Below, in pieces: positions 1-11,705 of a stretch of 64,000 bases of DNA (positions within the stretch are counted from its first letter, which is position 1; every line of letters begins with the position of its first letter). The notes under the pieces are model-generated. The model was not told where the DNA came from, did not search any database, and worked only from the letters and a program-made list of their open reading frames with translations. The stretch spans positions 620,001-684,000 of the forward strand of contig CAVNZM010000011.1 of NCBI GenBank assembly GCA_963693365.1, in the 5' to 3' direction. The position numbers were made by a program, and so were the translations under genes. The DNA is from Amoebidium appalachense (lineage: Eukaryota; Protista; Ichthyosporea).

Positions 1-344
1 CTGCGTTTCCTATAACTCAGTGATGTCATAGGTGGTCGCCTGAATGAGACTTTCCCGATCACCGTTTGCTGTACATGTACCACGGGACTTGCACGTGTAC
101 ACAACTGTGAAGTGTAAGTATTCTGAAGTCAACCTGTAACAGCTGAACACAGTGACTTTTTAGCCTAGCACCCTACGTATACCGGGGTATAGCTCAGGGT
201 AGGCAAAGCGAAGGCGTAGGCGCTAGACCCGAGGTATAAGCGTGCAAGTTCAGGCCGTAGGAATACACGTTTTGTGTAGCACCTGCCATCGCAGCACACC
301 CGGTAGACAAAACATGCGCACATAGGCGCCTCACACGCTCCACT

Positions 345-891
345 ATGTCGTCGCTAGCAGACCAATTGAAGAAGCTTGCCGCCCGGCCGCAGTTCCGCGG
401 CGGCAAGGAGCGGCCGTCGCTGCTGTTTGAGGGGCGGCAGGCGGCCGAGCTTGACCTGGACACGGTCTATGAGCTGGCAGTCAACGGCCTGGCCGAGCTA
501 CGCACCCACAAGTATGCCTCTCATTACCTTCGAAATTCCTTTATACAACTTCCAGCCACACGCACATCTCCGAGTTGCGTGTTAAAATAATGATCACTTT
601 CCTCCTCCCACGGCTCAACTGGGAAGCATCACCCCCCATCCCACCCCCAACCCCAACCTCCCTTCTCACCGTGGCTGCCTCCCTACCATAGCACTTTTCT
701 CCTCTCCCTCTTCCCGTCGTCTCTAACAGTAAAGTTCTCTGTTCCCCCTCTCACTGCTTCTGGCATGCTGCCCAGTGTCCTTCTTTTCTCTTGCCATTCA
801 CTTCCGCACTGCCCTTGCACTGACTTGCTACAAGCACTTAGACGCTCGCAGCACACTGCCTCCCCTACACTGCCTCCCTCATTCTCCCCCC

Positions 892-933
<42 letters not shown>

Positions 934-1080
934 CTTCCTGCCCCCCTTTTGCAAGTCTCGTACATGGATGGCCGCCTGCAACTGGCTCGTCGTTGTGTTT
1001 CAAAAGCGGCGCAGCCCCCTCCCCCTCCCCCCACGTTCTCCCCGTTCCCCCCTCCCCCCCCCCCTCCCCCCCCCCCCCCC

Positions 1081-1112
<32 letters not shown>

Positions 1113-2242
1113 CCCCCGGCCCCTCGGGCCCCACCCCACTTCCCTTCTTTCCTCCGCCTTTCCGCCTGCCCGCCTGTTACTTCCTTGGCTCCTCGTTCCA
1201 CAAGTGACTTCTGAGGCAATCTTACTCCCCCCTCCCCCCCCCCTCCCCCCGCCCCCTCCTCACCTTCGCCCCTTTGGCTCCAACACGACCACCCCATACA
1301 AACATACCCACCCAGACTGTACTGTCTTCAGCTCGAAACGTACACCTATTCATCATCCTTTCTCCTCACACAGTGAAGCGTTTGAGCAGTATGAAGACAG
1401 CCTGTTTTCGCTGCGGCACAAGGGCACAGAGAGACTGCAGCTCACGGCAGCAGAAAACAAAGACCTGAGCGAGCAGATAGCAAACTACTGCCGCCTCCTG
1501 TCGCCGTATTTCCTGCTGAAGGCAGCACAGAAGACCGTGGAATATCTGATTAGGCGCTTCAGGGTGGAGGTGTGTATGTTTGTACCTTTGCACTTGTGTG
1601 TGCGTGTGTTTGTGTGTGTGTGTGTGTGTACGGGCGATGCAGTGTGTGTGCTTGCAGGTGTGCATGCATGGTTGGTTCCTGTGTGCCCTAGTGTGTTCCT
1701 GCGCGCTTGTGTGTATGCATGCGCTTGTGTGGATGAGCACATGTGGGGTTTGTGGAGGGGGTGCGGGAAGGGCGGGGGGGGGGGGGTGGGGGGGGGGGGG
1801 GGGGGGGTGGCGACGCAAAAGGTCTGCCAAATGGATGGCTTGGTTGTTGTGTGTACGGAGGCTTGTGTTCGTCACGGTCTCTTCTATTTGTCCCCCTCCC
1901 CCCCTCCCCCCTCCCCCCCTTCTTTTTGAAGGGGGTAGAGGGGGGGGATTTTACATCCTTCTTTCCACTTGTAGCAGCCGCTCTCCCCCTCCCCACGTCC
2001 CCCATACTCAGCTGCTTTTAGAACAGCCCAATGCCAGTCGCCAGGGACATGATTTCATAGCAATGATGCAATGTTGTTGCACGCCACTAACACATGGGTG
2101 GGCAGGAGTTCAACGTGCACGAGCTGATGGAGCTATCGTTCCTCTACCACGAGACCACCGTGTTTGTGCGCCTGGTCAGGATATGCGACCTGACGGCCCC
2201 GGCAAACAAGCAGTGGGCTTGGCTGGCCTCCGTCCAAAAATC

Positions 2243-2297
<55 letters not shown>

Positions 2298-3488
2298 CAC
2301 CCGGGGCAAGGTTGAGGGGGGGGGGGGGGGGGGGGTTCGATGTGTGCATGGGGATTCCTTCGCTTGTACGTGTCCGTGTGTTGGTGTGCCTGTCAGTTTG
2401 TCGGTTTTTCTGCCCCATCTGTGTGCCAGTATCCCTACGTCAATGTATGGCACAGTCATCTTCGTTCTTCAGATGTCTGAGGCCCGTATCATTGCCTGTT
2501 CCTTTGTGTCTGTCTGAATTTGTGGATTGTTGGGGAGGCGTGGGCCATTGGGAGTTTCATTCAGTCATGGGCATGTATCGATTGAGGGATTTGAGTGGGT
2601 GGGTAGGTGTGTGTGTGTGTGTGTGTTGGGGGGGGAGGGGGGGGAGGGGGAGGGGAGGGGAGGAAGGGGGGGGGGGGGGGGGGGGAAGGTGTTTAGGATT
2701 AAGACCTATGAACGATGCTTTTGTGCTTTCGTGTGATGTGTGCTGTGTGCGGGCACATTCGGTGTATGTGCATGCAGACACTATGGATGGAGCAGACACC
2801 ACTACCATCCACAACCACTTGTTTTCTAACATCCCCCCCCAGAGCTGCCCCTAGACCGGCATGCGGTGGTGCAGCGGTGCCTAGGTGATCTGTGGCTGGT
2901 GGACTTTGTGGGCCGCATGGCTGCTTCGGCCCTGCGCTCAAACATGCGCCATGCCCCCCAGGTCGCATTCTGGGCCTCCATTGTGCGTAACCCCTTTAAC
3001 CAACATCTTTCTTCTTCGTGTTTGGGTCGTGTTTTGTACCTTGTATTCATGAAAGTGTGTGCGTACCGATGTACTTTACAGGCACATGCTGGCTCCTGAG
3101 CAACCCCCCCCTTCCCCTCACTCCCCCATCTCCCCCTCCCTTCCCCGCTTGCGTGCTCATCGATCATGTGTCTTTGTGCATGGAATTGAAGGGTGGCACT
3201 CTATCTGTATGACGGCCATGTGTCTCGCCTGCTCTTTCTCTGCGGCCTTAACTCATGTGTTTGTGCTAACACGTGGTTGTTTCCTTCTTAGGTCACCGGT
3301 GTGTTGGAGGCAGCGCCCAAAGTCTCCGAAGCCCTTGTGGGCCGCCTGCTACCTTCTATCATGGATGGCCTCAAGTCTGGTGGGTGGCTTGAATAGTTCG
3401 AAATGTATGGACATATTCTGGACTTGGGGTGTGATTATGGACCGATAGTTAGAAATCCCCCCCTCCCCCCCCCCCTCTCACCCCCTTC

Positions 3489-3524
<36 letters not shown>

Positions 3525-6500
3525 AAGGAAAAAAAAAACAAAAAAAACAAAAAAAAACAGTACCTTAAAGGCCTATTTGCACGCTGTGGTCGGGGATATG
3601 TGCGCACATGCATGTATTACTGCATCCATAGGCACCCAGGCATTTACGTAAGCACGCAGGCACTTACGTAAGCATGCAGGGCACACGGAGCACAGCACGG
3701 CGGCCTACATGGTGGTGTCGACTGCTGCCCTGCGCACGTCATTCTCCCCAGACCTCACAGCCACCCTGAGTGACGCAATTGTTACCGTGAGTTCGGCCCC
3801 CTGCCCCCCCCCCCCCCCCCCCCCCCCTGCCCCCGGCCCTTTCCCCCGCTCCTAAAAATACGTTAGGATATCCTCCTCGTTCTCCCCCAACCTCCCTCCT
3901 TCCCCATTCCTCTAACTGCCACCTGACCTCCCTCCACAACCCTGAAACCCCATTGAGCCATTGGCCCATAATTCACATCTATTGACATGCCCCACTGGCC
4001 ATGCACTTCATTGGTACAGCTATTGACATAACCGACCAGCATCGACATCTATCCCCCCCTCCCCCCCCCCCCCCCAGTCTTCTTTCAGAGGTGTCCTTTC
4101 AGGACAGACCACTGTGTGGAGACCGCTTTACTTCCATGCAACCGGGCATGGTTGCTCTGTGTCGTGCATCTCTAAGCACATACACATTTTTCGCTGCACT
4201 GCATAAGTTTGCACACACATCTTCACCGGTTTGCTCACCTTGCTTGCATAAGCAACCCTGCTCGTCTTTGATCAAGACGGGTTGACCCTCCCAAGTTCAG
4301 TTGATGCTGCTGTCTGAGTTGGAGAGTCGTATATACACGGGCTAAGGGGTCAAAACTCAGACGCAATTGATGACTTGGGCCCTCCCTGAGGATGGGCTCT
4401 GCTTATGACGCATACTGTGCGCATGGATGATGTTGCATACTTGAATGTTTGCCTTTGCATGTGTTCTGCACCATGCTTCTCATCGTGTATGCGTACTTCG
4501 TACCGTGTTCCGCATTCAAACCTCCCCTCCCCCCCTCCTCTGGCACATGTATATGCAGGGGGCCAGTGCCGATGGCTGTGGGCCTGCTCTTCTGTGCCTG
4601 GCCTATGTGGCCCAGACCCAGCCCCTGAGGACCCTGTCTGCTAAGGCATTTAAGGCCCTGCTGGCCATGCACGGTATGACCCCAGCTAACTAACCTCTTG
4701 AGGACCGCAAATTTCACGAGCTCGAGATCGAGGTCACCAGCACGGGGACGACCAAGTTTGTGCTCTAATGTGAACACGAAGCTGATAGGAACTAGCCAAT
4801 AAAAGTTGCACGAGATCAGAAAATACACTTATCCTTTGTCTTATTCAAATTTTTTTTGAACTTTACTCTAATAACGATACCTTGTATATGGTGTATCTAC
4901 AAAGGGTGCTGGCCGGCTTGACGAGTCAATGACGACATCGAAATGCTGTCAATGCAATCTTCTGACTGGACCATTTTGAAAATGGTCTAAATGGCAAAAC
5001 ATGATTGGCCGGTTCAGTCGACATTCGATGGCAACTCCAAGATTTTCTCAAAATCTCGAAAGTCACTTCAGAAACAGATATAAAAGTATACGAAATAATG
5101 ATATTTTCCCCAAACCGTCTTAGTAACGTTTGTAGGTAAGACATATACCTGTCGGCATATGCAATTTATTTGAGCTTTTTCTACCGATTATGAGCCGCAA
5201 TAGAGTTGGTTTAGGTCCCTACCGGCCGCCGGTAGATTCAATTAGTCCGGTTCTCTAGAGGTTAATATACTGAGATATGATTTGTGCATATCCCTCCTTC
5301 TGCCCCCTTTCCCTCCGCCCCAGCCCTTCTCCGCCTCCCGGGCACGCACACATACACACACACGCACACACACACACGTACACAAAAGTCGTTTTGGGAA
5401 TGCAAAGCGCCTGAGGCTTTAATACCGGCCGGGGCACACTTTCAATTCAAAATTTCAAAGCTAATGCATGCCTACCCCAAGAGGGGGAGGGGGGAGGTCC
5501 TTCTTTCTTGGTCTTTCTTTGGCTTTCTTTTTTCTTCCTTTTTGGCTGCTTTTCCCTTCTTCGTTTTTCTTTTTTTCCCGTTCTCTCGTCATTTTCATTT
5601 TCATTTTCTTTCTTTCTTTCTTTTGGGGGGGGGGGTGGGGGTGGGGGGGGTGGATGGGGGAGGGGGGGAGGGGGAGGGGGGGGGGGATATGGGGGGTAGA
5701 AAAGATTCAGAAGGCAAAGGACAATGCAGGCACAGATATGATGGTGTTCACGTTTGCATTCGGTTACGGACAATCTGGGTCGAGCCATGTTGCTCAATTA
5801 AGTTGTCCCGCAGGCTTGGTGGAGCATCTGTCAGGGCTGGCATCGACCTACGGCATTGCAAGTCTGCTGCAGCTGGTCGTCGACGGTTTGCTCTCATCTC
5901 TGCCCTCCTCCGAGTGCATGACTGTGGCCCAATCAATGGCCGCCACCGTGCCCCTTAGCCAGCCACTGGCCACCCGATTTGTCGAGGGGGTGCTGAGTGC
6001 ATATGTGCAGGCCACCAAGGGGAGGGAGGAGGGGGAGCGCAGTGAGTCGGAGGATGAGGTGTGGAAGGCTCTCTTGACCACCCTGGCAACCAGGTATCAG
6101 ACAACCCCACCCCACCCCACCCCCCATCTTTCTCCCATACACACACACAAAGACTCATGGGCCTGGGTTTGAAATCCTTGCTTGTCTTTTGCTAAAGGTG
6201 TACGTCCTTCTTTCCTTGTGTTTGACACATGTCTAATGGCTATCGTTGTTGCACTGAACCCTCCTCCTCCTTGCACCTGCACGCCAATTGTCAACACACA
6301 TTCTCCTACTTCGTCTACAGCTATACTCCTAAGACCCCCCATCTGACGTGTGTTTGTGCAGATACCCCGAGGCCATGGATGAAGCAGTTGGCAAGGCACT
6401 TGGGGCCAAAGAGGAGGGGGAGGAAGGGGAGGGCAAGAAGAGGAAGAAGGGCAGCAAGACAGTGTTTGCCCTCGTGTCCCAGTGCTTCCAGGGCACACGC

Positions 6501-6786
6501 CACCAGCCAAACAAGGTACGTGGCTGCCTGTAGTCTTTGAGTGGTTGGCTTTCTCCATGCAGCAATAGGAAGAGAATTTTAGTATTCTTGGTACAACTAC
6601 GGAACCAAAACAAACAGAAAAACATGAGATAGGGAGTGTAGGCTATCCCCTCCAAATGTTTGCCTGTCTGCATGCGCACAGTGCCTGTGCCCTGACTGAC
6701 CTTCCTTCGTGCGCAGAAATCCAACACGACCCTCTTCATGTCTCTCATCCACCCAGACTTCAATATCAGAGCTGCCGCAGGTTGGT

Positions 6787-6822
<36 letters not shown>

Positions 6823-8854
6823 ATCACACCCACCCGCACGCACACACACGCCCAAAAAGGAACAAAAAAAAAAGGAAACGAAAGGGAAAAAAGACACTCC
6901 TGGACTGTGTACTTTGCATCTGTATTTGAGACTTACCCTTCCCCTGCTCTGGTGTTGTTTGTGGTGCTATGGTTTGAGGCCGGGGACTGGACATCATGGT
7001 GCCCATGCCTTGAAATTCCTTTTATGTGTGTGTGTTTGTGGGGAGCCTGCTGGTGCAAGAAGAGAAGAGTGGGGGATGGGTGGGCGTGCACGTGCACAGG
7101 GGCATGTGCCCACATCCCGACTGTACGTACGTGTGGCTGACACAGGCACCATCCAGTGACCCAGCTGCAGGATCTTGCCGGGGGCGATGGGCCAACCCTG
7201 GCCTTTGCCTGTGACTCATTGCTGGCCCGGCTGAAGGATGATCACCCCAGCGTCACATTTGCTGCCCTCGATGTGGTGCCGCACTTTGTGGTAAAAACTT
7301 CCCTACATGCAGCCTGATTTGCGCTATAGAATCCCCCTACATACAGTACTCTTTGTTGCATAGAATCACCCCACATGCCGCAACCTTTGTAGAAAGGAAA
7401 CCCCAGACTGCAGCAGTTAGTAGAAGGGGTTGTTCGAAGACCTACTTGACACAAGCAAGCCTATAATTTTGCCTACTTGTCGGGTGTGTGTGCTGTCGGC
7501 ATGCTTGTGTGTGCATGCATGCGTGCGTGCATGCGTGCGTGTGTGCGTTCGTGCGTGTTTGTGTGCGTGGCCCATGTGTGCTCATGTGTTCGCACACATG
7601 TGTGTGTGGGTGTGGGTGTGTGTGGGTGTGGGTGTGTGTATACTTGTTTACTGTATAGCACACACACGATATGTGTGCCTGCAAGTGTCGCGAAGGCATT
7701 GTGTTGTATGTGTGAGACAGCCTTTCCGCACCAGCATATCCCCCCTTGCCACCCTCACGGAAGACCCTTCCGGTGCCCAATGCTCCCACCTTTTGCCTAC
7801 CGGGAGATCCCACTTCTTTCCAGTTTTTCAATGACGACCATGAAACCTAATTCGATTCTAACTGGTTATTGCCATGCAGGACCACCTCGACAAGGAGACT
7901 CTCTTCGACTCCTTGGTGGTTATTCTTGGCTCGAAGTGTATGCCCCCCCCCCCCCCCCCCCCTCCCCCCCCCCTCCCCCCCCCCCCCCCCCCCCCACCCA
8001 CCCACCCACCCACCCCATGCCCATCCCCACCCCTTTGCCAATGCAATAACACATGTACCTCCCTCCCCCCCCCTCCCGCCTCCCAGGATAGCACTCTTGC
8101 CGAGGTAATTAGAAGCAAGGACTTTGAGGGTGGTTGTGAACGGTCATGCGGGATTCACTGTGGCTAGAGAAAATATGGTCTGTATTGGTGTGTGTGTGTG
8201 CAAACCACGGGGGATGAATGACTCGTGCACCAACCCTGCCTGCATATGCCCACGTGCACCTGACCACACTAACACTGCTGTGCCCACAGCATCCACCCCT
8301 GCGGCCACCCAACGGGCCGTGCAGGTGCTTGGGGGCTGCTACCTCACGTCCCACCCGAGCATGGCCCCCCTGTGTGCCCCCTATCTGTTTGCCCTGCTCC
8401 TGCCCACCCTCAGTGGTGGCCCCATCAACCACACCACTGTGGGGGTGGTCCGCACGTCCCCGGCCCTCTCTGCCCTACCGTATTTCACAAAGCTCAATGA
8501 TGCTATAGAGTACGTACACCCCTGCTGTCTTCAGCTCCTCTACCCAAAGCTCCTTGCCAACAATTTTTCCATTCCCTCTACCTTCTTTCATATCATTTTT
8601 GCACAGAGGACCCTCGCCTCGGTTATTTTGTTAGTAAATAAAAAGAATAAGATATATTATTAATAATAAAATCAATATTAGACTTTTCCCTTTTTTCATT
8701 TACCCCTTGCCCCACCCTGCCCCTTTATGGGCGCTTTTTTGGTCGGTTACAGCTACATCACATCAAGCAAACAAACCGTATGCAGAATTCGTCAGTGAGC
8801 AAACAGGTTTGTGTAGTATTTTATGTCAGGACCTGTAGCAAAAGGGTGGTGTTG

Positions 8855-8933
<79 letters not shown>

Positions 8934-11670
8934 CTTGGAGGCCAAACGCAGCTGATAACTATGCTAACTTTGGGGGCCCCGACAGGAAGGAGCTGGCTCA
9001 GCTTGCAGCCCCGGCACAGGCCAACGGGACGGTGGAGGAGGGCAAAAAGAAGTCCAAGAAGAAGGAGGCGGATGGGGAGAGGCAGGAGGATAAGGAAAAC
9101 GGGGTGGATTGTGTTGGCGCTGCCACGCAATTGGTGGATCTGGTGGGCCAGGCCGTGCTGGCCAGTGAGGATCCAGCCCTGGTTCTGGCCGATATGATTG
9201 GCTGGCTGGCCCCCAGTTGCCTCGGCAACCCCCGGGAGAGCAGCCTGTTTGTGCACCTTGTTGTGTTTGTGCACCTGGTTGGGCTGTGGCTGGTAGCTCA
9301 TGTCCCGGCCATGGAGGCCAAGGCCCGCATTGCAGAGGCCCTGCTGCGGGCTGCATCCTCGGAGCTGACCGTGCTGCTGCCCCAGACCGGTGACTGGTGG
9401 GCCCTCCCTCTTTTTTTATTCATATGGGATAGACAGCACTGACAGGCAGCATGCATGCATCAGGGTCATCGGTCACGTGTTGGGCCTTGGCTTGGCAAAA
9501 GGGGGTGGGTGGGTGGGTGGGTTGGGGGGGGGGGGGGAGTATCTGGCAGTGTCATCATGGGGTGGGTGTCGACGCCACAACCACGGCCATACATGGTGTG
9601 CCAGCTGCCTAACATGGCATGACCCACCCAGGAGGCCGGCCAGCCGTCCCAGCACCGAGATGGGCCGTGTGCCCACACCCCTTCTGGACGCTTTGCTGAG
9701 CACTATTGGCAGCACCAGCCGGGGGCCCATTCCCGTGACGTCACTGCTGGTGGTCGTGGTCCAGGAGACCGTCCACCTGCTGACGTCATCGGCACCAGCA
9801 AAGGCCGACCTGCCGGCACCAGCTGCATCCGCGCTCCTGCAGGCAATCACCCTTACGTAAGTGCATGCCCCAGCATTACATGTCAACCTTACGAAAGTGC
9901 ATGCCCCATTATCTGGTATAGTTGTGGCATCTTGGCTTTTGTTTGGCCATTTCCATGGGAAGGCCTCGTTGTTACAGCCTGGATGGCATTCAATCAATCC
10001 ATTCGTTGCATAATCTTATTTGGCGCCTAACCATATATGGCTGCAGCTGTGGGCCGCTCGGCAGCAGCATCCACGTGGGGACACTGCTTGCTGGCATGTT
10101 CCGCGGTGTGGGGTCACGTGACCAGCTGCACCTTCTCCTGCTGGCCCTCATGGGCCCCCAGCCAGACAGCACCCAGTCCAGCCCCATCGTCATGGTAACC
10201 CCCCCCCCCCCCCCCCCCGCGGGTGCATGTGCTGCCCAGCAGTACCCAGGTGCATTGCAGTGTTTCAGAGTTGCCTGATATGTGACAATTTGCACATACC
10301 ATGGGTATGCACTGCACACATGCACAGTATATCAAGTAACCCTCTCGTTTGATATAAACGGTATTCCGGCCACGAGTGCAAGCACCTTGCTGCTCCTCAC
10401 CCTGGCATTCCTACCCCCCCAGTAAATTGACTTAGAGAGAATAAGGTCACCGAGTGAAGTTCTGACGTGCCGCCCACCAGGTCCACGTGCTGCAGGTGGC
10501 ACGTGCATTCCTCACAGCCTGCCAATCAGCTGCAGGCACGGTAGTAACCAGCCAATCAAATCCACTCCTCGGTGGTGCCGTTGCCCTATTGGTTCCAGCC
10601 CTTCTTGTTGCTCTGCAGTCACCAATTGCATCCGTTCGCCAGGCTGCACTTGGATGCGTAGGGGTTCTAACCAAAATTCCTGCCCCTCTGCTCGAATACA
10701 CCCCTCCTGTGGTTGGGGGGAGTGGGGCCGAGACCCTTTTCTTTGCTGATTCCACGACACTGGCCGCTGTGAAGGGCTCCCAGGTTAACCCCCCCCCCAC
10801 CCCCCCCCACCCCCTCCCATCTCCCCTCCTTCCCCCCTCCCCCCCCCCCCCCCCCCCCCCACCTCTCCCCCCTCTTCCCCTCCCCCGTCTTCCCCTCTGG
10901 TGCTCCACACTCGGGCCGTTCAATCTGCGCCCTTTTCTTTATTCACCTGAGAGCACGTAGACATGCACATAAACGATCCCACGATGTGTTTTGGAGACAA
11001 CATATAACGGCGACTATTCACTCCACCCCAACCACTCCAGACAGGGAGTGCTTTCATGCCTTGCACTTTCTCGGTTCACACAACTACCACGTTCCAGCCT
11101 CAGTCTGTCTTCCTCCTTTGCTTTAAACAGCACACACCATGTGCATGCGGTTCTGACCCCCCCCCCCCCCCCCCCCCAGCTGTCCAAGTTCATTGGGGTG
11201 CTGCATGAGAGGGCATCAGAGCTGGCCGGGGATGGCAGTCACGTGACCACCCTGCTGGAAAGACACCTCAACGACGCAAACAGCCGCAAGTATGCAGGTG
11301 AGTGCACATATCATGTGTCTGCTTCTTAGATTTTAGATTGCTGCAGTGACCTGGTCCTGTCTCAGATGTGTGCAGGGCTAGTTTCCTTCCCACCACTTGT
11401 TCCGCCTGCTTAGCATGCTCCTTGGTACCACTCATCACTATACAGAGCACTATCTCATCCTTTTCCATATCGGGTTGGGGGAGGTGGTGGGGTTTAGAAT
11501 CAACAGGTAAGTTGATGTAATCGATCAGGTAGGTCGCGATTACCCAAAGCTGGTCCGAATCTTCAGCCAAGTTGGTCACTATGTGTAATGTATTGTGTGG
11601 TCCCCTGTTACTGCCCCCCCCCCCCCACCCCCACCCCCACCCCCAACCCCCCTCTCCCCCCTCCTCCACG

Positions 11671-11705
<35 letters not shown>

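Noticed and set aside
184-265. tRNA-like start GGGGTATAGCTCAGGGTAGG upstream of HEATR1
   Set aside because: It has an A-box-like 5' end, but no proper T-loop (GTTCRA), anticodon arm or matching acceptor stem.
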